Assembly (NCBI RefSeq): GCF_964355755.1
Contig: NC_092672.1
Location: 13,950,001-14,014,000 of the forward strand
DNA: 64,000 bases
Reading direction: 5' to 3'
Origin: Antedon mediterranea
Taxonomy: Eukaryota; Animalia; Echinodermata
Below the pieces are notes generated by a model. The model ran no database searches. It was not told the origin of the DNA and saw nothing but the letters and a program-made list of their open reading frames with translations. Of the stretch, positions 35,701 to 47,975 are shown piece by piece (the stretch's first letter is position 1; each line of letters begins with the position of its first letter). Made by a program: the position numbers and the translations under genes.

Positions 35701-36387
35701 ACTTCTATCCTTTGCCAAACTCATTTCTATCGAAGCGCCTTCATGTTAAAAAAAAGATCTTTTAATAACCTGTTGACAGTTATCTATTTTTTAATAAACA
35801 GTAATAAATAACTTATTGATAATAAATATTATTACTTACCAAAATGCAAAGAATGTTTATTATTTTATCTCGATATAGGCCGAAATATTAAATAGTCTTT
35901 GCGCGAACATTTATTCATGTATTGTTAACTTACCGGTTTTGTTCATAATCATTTGACAAATATTACTGGACTGACTACCAGTTTCTCCAAATCCCTGGTT
36001 CATCTCCTTGTATTTTCGTTCTTCCAAAGGCACATGAAATACCTAAAAGACAACAATAAGACATTATGTTTGCCTGGGACAACCCTTTAATATTAAAACT
36101 ACTATGATGGTCAAAACAACCACCACCAGGTTATATTTACAGCATGTTATCATTGCTGTAGTAAACTTATTTACAATTAAACATAAACGTATTAATACCT
36201 GAGTAACAGTGGAAGACTTGACTGCCATGCTAGAATAGCTAGGCCCAGGTGTTGGCATCGCAGCTTGACAATTCTCAGTTGGACTGGCTGGTTGTAATGG
36301 TGGAAAGGCATCATTGTAAATGGGTGGTTCATATGCCTCAGCATCCATGTAAACTGGTCCCGATTGTTGCACTGTTTCAATACTCAT
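23746..36387 (-). CDS. HDLBP: Vigilin (high-density lipoprotein-binding protein), multi-KH-domain RNA-binding protein, complete, 21 coding exons, about 1257 aa
   Basis: Exons 5'->3': 36387-36199, 36042-35934, 35738-35623, 35440-35234, 35102-34887, 34755-34549, 34036-33745, 33489-33350, 32733-32515, 32226-32140, 31550-31419, 30895-30677, 30317-30096, 29936-29718, 29037-28896, 28070-27928, 27462-27358, 26261-26127, 25436-25215, 24677-24459, 23979-23746 (sum 3774 nt). N-terminal PPIYNDAFPPL and VFHVPLEERKYKEMNQ, serial KH motifs H..IIG..G, C-terminal GAPW...FPSIG...WGP. Confidence 0.97.
25505..25653. mobile_element. ~145-bp Harbinger/Tourist-like MITE (copy 2)
   Basis: TAAAGCACTGTCTACACTAT ... 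TTTGATAGTGTAGACAGAGCTTTA. Confidence 0.75.
25894..26118. repeat. ~58-bp direct repeat pair flanking a ~110-bp insert
   Basis: AAATATATAAGAATG(A/G)TGATGATTTTGATGGTTTGAAGACAGTAGACTGAAATAACAAT at 25894-25951 and 26061-26118. Confidence 0.85.
26316..26800. mobile_element. Kolobok-like element fragment (left end)
   Basis: Begins TTAA-AGATGTATTGTCC; right boundary not identified. Confidence 0.4.
28118..28246. mobile_element. Harbinger/Tourist-like MITE (copy 3, partly deleted)
   Basis: TGTCTACACTATCAAACTTTGTG ... GTAGACAGAGCTTTA with the shared internal segment. Confidence 0.7.
28270..28577. mobile_element. Kolobok-like element fragment (right end)
   Basis: Ends GGACAATACATCT-TTAA; internal GCCATAT...GTTATTCACTT also seen at 26378-26411. 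Confidence 0.4.
29131..29202 (+). tRNA. tRNA-like gene, anticodon ATC (Asp-type), copy 1 with a T-stem mismatch; probably a pseudo-tRNA or repeat head
   Basis: GCCCCAG/TTGGGGC acceptor stem, TCTGC-ATATCAA-GCAGG anticodon arm, GTTCGAGTC B box, T-run immediately downstream. Confidence 0.5.
29495..29566 (+). tRNA. tRNA-like gene, anticodon ATC (Asp-type), copy 2 with a well-paired cloverleaf
   Basis: 72 nt; acceptor 7 bp (one G-U), D arm GTC..GAC, anticodon stem TCTGC/GCAGG, T arm CCGAG-TTCGAGT-CTCGG, followed by ACTTTTT. Confidence 0.55.
30343..30560. mobile_element. Tc1/pogo-like MITE with 16-bp internal repeats
   Basis: ACTTGAATAAACGCC / GGCGTTTATTCAAGT inverted ends after TA-CCATA; internal (GGAGGAGGCGTTTATTC)-type repeat three times. 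Confidence 0.6.
31734..31979. repeat. 81-bp tandem repeat, three identical copies
   Basis: ATAAATCAACACATTTTGATATGGTTCACCACACC...GGGCATGTGATGT at 31734, 31815, 31896. Confidence 0.95.
32352..32491. mobile_element. ~140-bp Harbinger/Tourist-like MITE (copy 4)
   Basis: TAAAGCGCTGTCCACACTATCAAACT ... AGTTTGATAGTGTAGACAGAGCTTAA. Confidence 0.75.
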
Positions 36388-39300
36388 AGTCGTTGGTCGG
36401 GTAGAAAGTCGTACAGTACCAACTGAAATAAACAACAACAAAAAACAATTCCATCAGAGTTAAATTAACCAAGAACCAGGGTTTGCCAGTGGAACTTAAC
36501 ATGGTCTTGGTAAAACTAGCCACGGTCGCTAAAATGTCCAATCCGAACTTGCAACTAGGAGTTCATGACCTTCACCATCTGTTTCAATTAAGGTTTGTGA
36601 GATAAATTTGAGTTAGTTTGACAAACTATTTTTACAAACTGATTATCATTTATTTATGTGACCTGATCTGGCATGCAAAACAATAGTTTTGTCAGGTTTT
36701 TTTTGTACCAGGCACGGATTCAGGGGGTAGGGGATGGTCAAACCGGCCTTTGGTCCCCATTTATTCAGAGGAAAAAATATTATTAGCAGCCTAGCCCCTG
36801 ATCTTTACCTACTAAATGGGTTTATACATTATTACCATTGTTATTTAATTGCCATGATTCGACTCCCTGAACGTTAATATTTATTATTTCAAATATTCAA
36901 TCACCAAACATGTGAATAATATTTGGTTAATTAAAATATTGTATCTATCAATTATCATCAAAATATCTTTGATCGCCGGCCCATTCTTGTCTTCCTTTTT
37001 TGTCTGAGAAATATTTGTTATGTTGCTAAAAAAAGCATTATTTTCTCAATATCAGGCATTTATTTTTCAAATCTTTTAGAGAAAATTACGGTATTTCATT
37101 TTTGAATGAATTTTGTGAATATTTTTGTGATAGCTCAACTACAAAATCCACCATTGGTGGTACATCATTGTAAGCCAATCAAAGCTGAGCTTTCTTGTGA
37201 TTGGCAGAGCTCATGGTTGATTGATTTTGGATTCTGGTTTTTTGATTGATGGATGTTAATTCCCAAAGCGGAACGGTGTATCTCGCACATGGTTTTTCTC
37301 TGGACTGATCCAGGGGGGGGGCGGATTCAAATGGAAGGTGGGTGGGGATGCCTCACTGCTTTGTATAAGTCACAGAGCATGCAAACAATTGTCATTGTCA
37401 CCCAGGTTTACTGGCGAAAACTTATGATTGCTGGTTTGCTGCGCAATACAATGAGTGCCATTTCCGGCCAATTAGAGGTGCCATTTATCATGAATTTTAT
37501 GTACCAGCCATTTTCAAACATCTAAGGTAAGAGTGTTATTTACCAATTGCCATTGGAAGTTGACATACCATGTAATTTATGTCAACTTCAAATGGAAATT
37601 ACAATTAAAATATAAAAGAAAGCCTCTCCGATTTTTTAATATGTTGTAGTTGACACGTAGAGATATATATTTCGTATTAATGTCCAACAAATTGGCCATG
37701 TTCCACAGGGGCAATTTCAAGGTAAAAATATTGTTCAAAGTTTCATCCAACACAAGAGTACCCCAAAACACACTATATTTAGATTCCATTAAATCTTCCT
37801 TTTACAAAAATACCCTGGTTTTCAAAATTGGACCTGTATTTCCCGAGCTATTTTAAATGTGGTGATTGCACCATTTTCACCAAATTACACCAAAATTTAA
37901 GAAGGTAGAGTTTAACTGATTGAGTGATATCTTAGATGGAAAGACCACAAAAGCAGAGTGCACCCATCTCTCTAAGATCCTTGATCTAATCGATAATAAT
38001 TTTTTAATTTAATACATTAACAATATTATCAAAATACTTGGTTACAAATTATAGTAAATAAAATACAAATAGAAATGTGTTCTACTAATACAATAATTGT
38101 GTGAGTATGCATGTGGCAGGGCCTGTTTGTGGGGGGGGGGGGGTGGAAATAATCGACCCTATATTTGAGGTAAATGAGAAAGGGAGAGATTTATGACATG
38201 GGGGGGGGGGGGGGAGGGAAGTGTTTATTTATTCAAAGCAGTGACAACAGCTGTGTGTGAGAATTCAAGACAAGGATTATAAGCATTCTATAGCATGGTA
38301 TGTCTTTTTTGTATAGTAGAGAGTGAGTAAACAGATTATCAAATCAAAAGATCCTAAGAAAAGTAAAGACAATAATGATTACAAATCAGCAACAAATTTA
38401 AATTACATCTAGATTATGCTTTCTACTACTTCTGGTCAAATAGTGTACAGCCTTGATAATATAGATTGACCATATGGTCTGGTTGATTACTATCAAATGA
38501 CTCAGTCATTGGGAACAGGATATGAACTCTTTTGTTTAAAAAGCAGCATAAATGTAGAGAAACATTAAATTAAACATTGTTGACATTATTGTTATTGATT
38601 TTATCAATAATTGAAAATGTTCTGGAATTAGACTTCAATTCTTTCTTTTTTTATAGTACTGTATAGTACGCATACTCACATAGGGTCAAATAATCCTGTT
38701 ACTGAAAATAGAATAGCGGAAATATGACCATTACAGGCGGACAACATAAAATGTACAGTTTGCAAATGTTAATTAGACTTAAAAACATTTTACAAACTTA
38801 CATTTACTTTCTCAATTCTGATTTTAGATATTTAATTTTGTCATTTAATATTATAAATTACATCCAACCAATTAGTAGGGATAACTATGCAAAATTAAAA
38901 GTTCATATTACTCAACCAAATTGTACATTTGCATGTTTGGGTTATTTTAATTTCTTTTAATTTTATTTTATCAAAACCAACAGCAACAAAAGTTGCCACT
39001 TAAAGGTATGAAACAGAAAACAGATACAATAAATATGAAGCAACTTAAATAAATATTACGTAAATAGTGAAAATTAGCCTATTGAGTTTTGAATGAAGAA
39101 TAACTATTGACAAAAATATCAAGGTTTACATTTGACTCACTTAAATAGTTAAACTATAAACTCATTTATATTTTGTATCAATATTATATGAAGAAAGAAT
39201 TAGGAAAATCTAACTTGTAGTTTGTATTAACCTGACCTATTAAGCCAAATACTGTATTATAACTTACATCATCCTTATAATAATGTTTGCAGTCTGCAAA

Positions 39301-39759
39301 TCGATTTCTGTACGCATTTTACAGGTCTGTAATTCCCAGAAAAAAATTAAAGAACTGACTGCTGGACTAAACCAAAAGGACATTAGATTAAATACAGACT
39401 ATGGGGTAATTCATTGTTTACAATTTTATCAACCTTTTTACTACTTTTAGTTTCTATTAATACACCTATTTAAGTATATGTGCAACAACCACCCCTTTCT
39501 AATAAACTGCAGTGTATCTGGTTGCTTATTAGTAGCACCCCTCCTAGGGCTGATTTAGAGTAGGATTAAGCAGATATAATGTCTATATGGATTAAGCAAA
39601 TTTACATTCATAGGGTTTATCGTAGATAGCTTGATATTGTGAGGAACGCTGTTGCACAATGCAAGATAGGAAGGAGGGGGGGGGGCCCCCATTCATTCAT
39701 TATTTCCTTTTCTTACCATAATTTATAATGCCTCTCTCTGCGTCGTGCAATAAATTAAA

Positions 39760-40524
39760 CGCCGTGGCTAAAGATACGGTACCGTATTCTAACTTCTGTT
39801 TACTAAAGGTACGGTAAAATTGCATTACGTCATAATCAGTCAATGGAGTGTTGGTACGTGTGTGACGTCATCGTATAAGGACTTTTTTCATATCGCGTCT
39901 GTTGTATATGTAGAGAATTCCTATCGGCGGCGCCAGGCTGCGTGGATGTGTGTGCGCTGCAGATGAGGGTTTTATTTTTATTCCAAATGGCCTAGTTAGG
40001 CCTATATTTTTTATTAAACTTTGTTTACAATGGTGACCATAAACAACAAGCAAATGCGGACAATAAAGGGGCCCTCAAATACTATGATGTAGACAGTAGC
40101 CCCAGGGCTGACGAGTCACAGAAATCAGCGCACACATGCAGCTGCCCCCAGCCTGGCATCGCTTTCCCTACACAAACAAACTCATATAATGAGGTTACAG
40201 TACGTAGTAAGTAGGCCTAGGCCTCTTTTGAAACGGTTTTCTGTATTCTAGAATTGAAATCAACATGTTTTGGCTTTTCAATAATAACAGACATAGGCTA
40301 CATTTAGTTTTTGTCACACACGACGGCGATAATATCGATAAATGAAGCATAAGGAAAATGCGGGTAATCACTGTTTTCGCGATATGAAAAAAATCCACAA
40401 AGTCCTTATACGATGACGTCACACACGTACCAGCACCCCATTGGGTGGTTATGACGTAATGCAATTTTACCGTACCTTTAGTAAACAGAAGTTAGAATAC
40501 GGTACCGTATCTTTAGCCACGGCG
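39760..40524. mobile_element. Non-autonomous Mutator-like (MULE) DNA transposon
   Basis: ~125-bp near-perfect terminal inverted repeats starting CGCCGTGGCTAAAGATACGGTACCG; exact 9-bp target duplication TAAATTAAA at 39751-39759 and 40525-40533; no ORF. Confidence 0.9.
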
Positions 40525-40945
40525 TAAATTAAACCTTTTTTAATTGATTTATATATAAATAATCCTAGCCTAGGCCTAACTCTAGGCCTATATTTATGCC
40601 TAACAATACTAGGCCTAGGCTAGATTATTATTATTAATATTATTATAGGCCTAAATTATTGTGTAGGCCTAGCCTAGCTAGGCGGCCCTACATTATGTAC
40701 ATATTGTAACATATTGTGTATTTTTAGCCTAAAATTACATATTCTGGCCGGATACATGATGTAATACAACTAGCAACTTAGTAATAATATTACACTGAAC
40801 CTAACCCAGCCCAGTTTTCATATTATTATAGGCTAGGCCTAGTCAAGCTATCTAGTTAGTAGAGTAGTAGGCAGACCTAAAAGTTAGTTTAGTCCACCAG
40901 TCGGTCGTTGTTGTTGACGTTGACAATTTTAGCTGAGATACTTAC

Positions 40946-41150
40946 AGAATTTTGGACTGTTTCCGTTTAGGTCCGTCCTATTATTGAAGTCTTTCAATTT
41001 TGTTCTCCAGAGTGACCGTATTTTGATCTGCGAAATATAAAGTTTACATAGACTTTAATAGACCTAAACAACTATTTTTAATGAAAATATCTAAGCACAA
41101 AATAGAAACATGTACACCATACGTACCACGTAGAAAGGAAATGACCGTAT
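40946..41150 (-). promoter_or_regulatory. Probable non-coding first exon and promoter region of vigilin
   Basis: Strong minus-strand donor CT|GTAAGTA (+ strand TACTTAC ending 40945); the ATG exon has an acceptor at 36423-36425, so an upstream exon is needed; locally CpG-richer. TSS unknown. Confidence 0.5.
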
Positions 41151-44100
41151 CACATCTAAATATTGTTTAATATTCAACCGCTGAGCGACTTCTGGACTTT
41201 AATTTTATTTTATCTCTGACTGACGTTTTATTTTCTCCTAGTTTCTCCTTCAAGTAACTTACTTTATTTTATTTATGCTATACAATATTGATTTAACGAT
41301 TATAGTTAACCAATATCTAATAATAACCACATTTAAATTAGTATGTTAATAAAATAGTTCTCGCTCAAGGTTTTTTGCGCTGCAACAACACAGCAGTGCG
41401 CAAAAGCAGCAGTGCCGTGTAGTACGGGGAGCAGTTTGGAACATGCATAATTATGTCACAATAAGTCATCATTATTAAATCTCTAACTGTAAAGTTTTTG
41501 TTTGAAAAAAATTTTCCCGCAGTTTTTTGTCAGATACCGTCACATAATTTAAATGTGCCGTCTATAGTTTAAGCAAGGCAATCTAACAACATGATGATCA
41601 GTCTAGTATCATAAACAATGTATTTATAAATATGAATAAAATACAAAATATAAATAAATTAGATTGCGCCAAACATACGCTTGCCATGTAATACATGTTC
41701 ATTTATCTGAATTAACTTTACAAATTTAAAAAATGCAAGTTTTAAAATCGATTTTTTTTTTAAACCTAATCTTTGATTGACAATATTAAACACACCATTT
41801 TACTTTGCAGAAATTGTGTAGTTTGAGAGGAAATTGTGTTCTAATAAGAGAACATTCTGAATTATTTTAAAGGTAACATTTCTGTGAAAATAATTTCTTT
41901 TCAAACCACAGAACTGCAGTAGGCCTAAGATTTTGTCTAAAATGGCTATGTTGTACTTGACATGTCCCAAACTGCACCCCGTATGTGGGGATAGAGTTTG
42001 AGTAGGGGTGGTCTCGAGTCACAGGGTTTAAAAGTCATCGAGAGGTGTGGTATGAAACGCCCGGCAATGTATTCGGTCAAGAAATTGCAAACAAGCTATT
42101 CCAACACTGTCATCACTACACGAATAGATAGTTTCACTCAACGAATACATAATCTTGAATATGAATTAATAAGGATTCAATTCCATATCACAACAGCTCA
42201 GGGAAAAATCAATCATGACGAATAACTTTACCGTTCTTATTTACGCATCGTTTTTTACGCAGTCATCACGTAAGTTTTAAAATAGGGCCTACGTTTTTAG
42301 ACGTTGAAGTTCGTAAGGTGTGTTTTCTCTTTCAAATTCAAAATACAAAACATTGCATATACACCTATATTAAGGTTTTTAAAACATATCTGTATACTAT
42401 TCTATGACGTTTTTTATATATTTCTTAAGGGCGCAGCCACTGGGGTGTGGTCACATCGGTCCTGACCCCTCCCAAAAATGATTATTTCACTTACAAACAA
42501 AAACAATTGTCAGACGGACAATTCAGGTATTTTTTTGGTTAAATTACGTTTTTTCAGGACAATTTTTTTTTTCGATCCAGTTTTTGGTCAAACTGAATAA
42601 TTATTATGTGTTATTAAAAATAATTAAAATCGCATATTCAACAACAATCATTAAAAAGGGTGATATCTTTAACAATTAAAAAAATATTTTTTATATTTTA
42701 GAAACTTTAATCATAATATTAGGCCTATATCATAAAAATATTTTGTGTTTTGGGCCTACTAATTTGGAGCTTCACGTCACGTCTATATTATTATTTTATT
42801 TTATTAAAACATATTTAGGCAGGATAATATAATTCAGAAAAAAAAAACATTTCTGTTTTTCAATATGGTCCTGAAATGTAACAACTTTAAAAAAACACAT
42901 AAAAAATTCAAAAAAATATATATATATAAGCCTAACATGACAATCAGTGAATATAGCACGTTAATAATAATACGTGTGTAAATACAATTTTTTTTAAGAA
43001 ATGCTTTTCATAATTAATTTTAAAACTATTTACAGACAAACTATCTTGAATTTTTACAGGGATCTTATTTGAAGCTTTTGCTCCTGTAATCTTTAGCGAT
43101 CCGTTCATTAATAAGCAATTTGGCCTAGGTGGTATAACAACAAATGATGATGCAGTTGAACAGATGAGATAAGTAGTATCGCCTGAAAATTATCATTATT
43201 CTCCCTCACCCAAGCTCTTTTTTTTTTGCAAATGTTGACACCTGCTAAACTACTAATAGTACCTCTTTTCACACATCTTATAATTCTTTATCTCTCTTCT
43301 TAAGTCAAGAACTTTACGTTCGTATGTACACATCTTCTTACATTATAGCTAGTATGGTTATTCTTCCCATGCACCATATGGTCCATAGATACAAAAGGCT
43401 CTTCTCCTATCAGTGCCTCACAAGTCACCATGGACGCACGCAGATTAGGCCTACTATCGGTGATCACCATAACCCCACTCTAATAATTTGTTAAATATGT
43501 ATTTAGCCTCAAAGCAGCTGCATCTTGTTTAATCCTCATTTTTATAATCATAATGATGATCTGACATCAATCGAGTAATTAATCGTACTATTTAATCAAA
43601 TTCTTATTTGAAATCCCTTTTCTCTATTATTTTGTATTATGTTTTAATAATTTCTATATCATGTCATGTTCGAATATTGGATGGGCCTAAAGCAGTTAAA
43701 AATAAATAAATAATTAAATAATAATAATAGGCCTCAATCCCATCCAATTGAGGTTTTTTGTTTATTGACTTTATGGTTAATTTGATCTGAATTGTGCTAT
43801 CAAGTTATGACAATATGTATCAGAGTACTATCCGACACGTCCGTTTGGGAAGGGATCGCACATACTACGGAATAATTAAGCTTGTGGCGTATTTGGCGTT
43901 TCATGAATTTAAAATGGGCTCACCACCAGCCGCTGAGTGGGTAGTGAACTCGTGTTCTCTTTGAGCTAGCCTAGCTTGACCCCTAATCTATTATATAATA
44001 TAGGCCTAGAATAGATTAAGGTGGGGTTGTAGCAAGAAGCCAATGTTGTGTTAACCTTTAAACACACTGTCTAGGCCTAGTCTAGGTACGCTACAAAACA

Positions 44101-44379
44101 TTTTGGGGTTTTAGTAGGCCTAGGCCCTAGACCCTAGCTAGACTACTAGGCTAGGCGGATCAGGTGCCGTTTTCGGCCACCTCGACTTATATGGACTATA
44201 CCATTATTATGATAGGGGTGTGGTATATTATGTTTTATGTAGAGAAGGGTGTCTATTAATGGGAAGACAATACAATTGTTCTGTTATGTAACCTACAGTA
44301 CAAACTACAAGGAACAATACAGAACATCAAAAACTAGCATGTTAAAAAGGCATGTTATTATTAGGTAGGCCTACTGTGT

Positions 44380-45310
44380 TAGGGAATGCCAAGATTTTGT
44401 AACAATATTACTATATTAACTAAAGATATTTTATATAAAACAAATTTTATAGACAAATTTAATGAAGAACCATCTACTAACTGGATAAAGCCATTTAGGA
44501 AAAATAATAAACAAGTTGATCATAACGAGTGGTTTTTAAAGGCCCAAAGCAAAACGAAATTCCATGCAAAACAACGTTAACGGAATATACTATGTATAAA
44601 GGAACCAAACCTTGAACAATATTTGTTAGATAAAACTAATTTTAAGAGTATCAATTTAAAATTTATAGCAAGATCAAACTCTCTAGATCTTGAGGGTCGT
44701 AGAAAATCCTGGTCAAATCATGACACAGGATTATGTAAGATGTGTAGTACAAACGAAAAAGAAACAGTAAACCATTTTTTATTTAAATGTCCTTCATTAA
44801 ACTCTGTTAGACAATAATTAAGTATGTACCGGGATAATTTTAATTGTGGACCTCAGTTAAAACACCACTTTATGCTAGACAATTTATTCACTGAAAATGA
44901 AACATTAGGAAAAATCTTTGATTTTTATTGTAAAACATATTTAATGAAAGCATGGGTTACTAGATCTACAATTTTATCCGCATTACCTCTCTCAACTAAT
45001 TGATTAATATAGTAAACAAGTTACAGACATCTCTATGAGGATGTGTCTGTAAGTTTTATTTATTAGGCCTATCCTGTATTTTTGTTGTTCTGTTTTTATT
45101 TTTGTAGTTATATATTGTACAATTTACATATTATGTATTTTCATACAGATCTAATTAATTACATTTTGTTTTGATGTTATGTATTAGTATTTAGAACTTT
45201 GTGGCTTATGTTATTTGTAATTTTGTCTGTAAATTGGATGCACCATTAACTGATAAATGTGTGACACCGATATAAAGGTGATTCCTATGAATAAATAAAT
45301 AAATAAAAAC
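44380..45310 (+). mobile_element. Decayed LINE 3' fragment with Cys/His knuckle
   Basis: CKMCSTNEKETVNHFLFKCPSL motif in broken ORFs 44386-44817; (AAAT)n tail at ~45290-45309. Confidence 0.65.
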
Positions 45311-45759
45311 TATATAAGTAGGTATACTTACTTATTATATATAAAAACTAAACTAAACACTACAGTATAATCAAAATTAAAGCATATTAAATACTAGGCC
45401 TATGTTATTCCTATCTAGATTTAAACACTTTAAATTTTTGTACAATCGGATTCGAAATTAGAAAATCTTAAATACTACAATACAATCGGAATTAAAACAT
45501 CCTAAATACTACATTACAATCGGTTAAATTACCTAAACTCTATAATGTTGTGAAATATGTACGAATGTTGGCAAATGCATTCTAATCGGCCCAATCCTAT
45601 CGGTAGATAAATCATATTTTTTATTTTCTTGAACTAAACATAAATAAAACGAAAGAAATAAGGATTGATTTTCGAAAACATAATTGGTCTGACAGTATAC
45701 ATTAATTAAAGTAAAGGAAGTAGAGATTGTTAACAATTATTGATAAGTATCTGGCAGTA

Positions 45760-46130
45760 GTGTTTGACTAAAGCTAAATGGGTGGACATGTTGATCGTAG
45801 TTAAGAGGTTAAATAATAGGCTGTACTGCTTGAGGAAACTCGGTTCTTTGGGGTAAAGCAGGATATTTGTACTATAGAATGTTTATGTTTTACTAATCAG
45901 TGATGTTCTATTTGGGCATATTGTATATTGGGCTAGGAATATCAGTAAGGGAATGTAAGGGGGATAAAGACCGAATTGAGAAGGTGGTGGGTAGAGCGTG
46001 GAAAGTAATTGGTTTGTCTAGTATGCAAATGCTTGACTCGTTCTACAGCGAACAGCTTGCCGATGTATTCCATGCTATATTGGAAGACACCAATCATCCT
46101 CTTCATGGCGACATTATCAGCTCCGTTTTA
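45760..46130 (+). mobile_element. Decayed LINE ORF2 C-terminal fragment
   Basis: KDRIEKVVGRAWKVIG...ILEDTNHPLH resembles non-LTR RT tails; frameshifted. Confidence 0.5.
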
Positions 46131-47975
46131 CATTCGCTATTATAACGTTTTGATGCAAACGTTGTTCAATTAAAACATGTATTTCTACACAGAAACGTTT
46201 AAAAACGTGTTTAAAACATTTTAGAAAGACCAAACCTAAAAACATGCAATGTCAAACGCTGTGTTTTCTGGGAACAAAATGGTACAGATTCACTGACAAA
46301 ATTATAATGTTTATTGTTTTACATACCTAATAATCAGTATGTGATAAATGTACTACTGTCATCTTTATTAAATGTACTACTGTGTTATCGTTAGGTAAAT
46401 TATATTTTTTATTTGTAACTGGAATAAAAACTTTCTTTATATACTTTCTGTATCTATAAATCTGTAAAAATTATATAGAAATAAAGAGCTATAATATACT
46501 GCATTAACTTGAAAACTGAAATTAATTCTACAGCATGCAGGGCGTAGTTGTTTTCCCTTTGTTGCTGAAACAACAAGAAAAACAAAAGGAGCAGTATTTT
46601 AACACATTAACACACTCAATTAATAAATGGGACACCCCTATTTTCCCATCTTTTTATAATGGTATAGTCCATACAAGTCGAGGTGGCCGAAAACGGCACC
46701 TGATCCGGCTAGGCTACTGCTAGTAGGCCCTACGTACGGTTCTCCAAGACAAGACTCCCTTTCGATCCTTCCCCTTTCCTGCCTGGCTGGCTGGTGCCTA
46801 CCGGTCCCAGCTAGCCAGGCTAGCCTAAGTCTAGGGGCCTAGGCTAGGTCTAGGCCCTAGCTTGGCTAATACAATCCATACACTAAATAAAACAAGGGTC
46901 TGTTTCTGCTGCATACCATTTATTTATAGTAAAAATACTCTAGACTACGCTAGCTAGGTAGCCCTAATTTAATTAATATGTATATGTCATACTGTTTAGT
47001 TTTAGTTTAGTTAGGCCTCCTACAGGCTACTACTGACCTACCTACAGAACAGTGAGTGTTACACTCTAGGCTAGGCATGTATTTCCACTAAATTTGTAAG
47101 TTAGTAACCATTTATTATTTAAATCATGTTACCTCACTGTATAAACTACGCAATGTCCTCCGTTGTTGTGTACCGCCATGGCCGGATCTACAAATACCAT
47201 GCCGGGCCGCTATAAAAACAGTCTTTAGTCAACCGTATCGAATGATCTCGTCATTAAAGTTGTAATTAATTACACTTATTCTTTGAACAGAATGACCGTA
47301 AATCACGGTTTGGCTCAGTGAGTAAAACGCAGTGGCCATTGATATCAATGCTTAGTGCATTCGAGTTCAATCTGCGAAATGTGTAATTATTAAAGCTAAA
47401 AATCACAACTAGACCACAATGTAATTACAAAACAAACAAAAGTCTTTCTAAATCTGAATGTCCTGTTTGTTCCTTTTTAATTTTCCCGAAATATTTGTAC
47501 CCTATCAGATTATTTTCTTCTTTTGTTGGCTATAGATTATCCATCTATGTGTAAAAAGCTTACAGAAAATCAAATTATATTTGGTATATATAGGTATTTT
47601 TTATTGGCAACAGAAAAGGGTACCCAAAGTACGGTAGCAATTTATAAATGCCATATTTTATCCACAAATTTGGTGGGGGAAATACGGTATACAAAATGCG
47701 GTATAATTTTTATGAGCACCATTTCCGCTGCCAAAAATATATGGTTATATACCGTACTGTATACGGTATTAAAAAAATAGCGTATTAAATACGGTATTTA
47801 CTTTGCAGCAGAAACAGGGCCTTGGAGATCATTAGTATAGATAATGAACAAGGGGACCCTTGCAGAACTCAACTCAATAGGTATCTTGCATTGCACAAAA
47901 TCAATACTGTATTCATTATTATAACATTTTTTTATGTAATTTTGTTTTAGGAGCACTGCTGGAATAAAAGCCAGA

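Noticed and set aside
38130-38220. Poly-G runs as a functional G-quadruplex
   Set aside because: Simple homopolymers in an intron, length unreliable, no supporting context.
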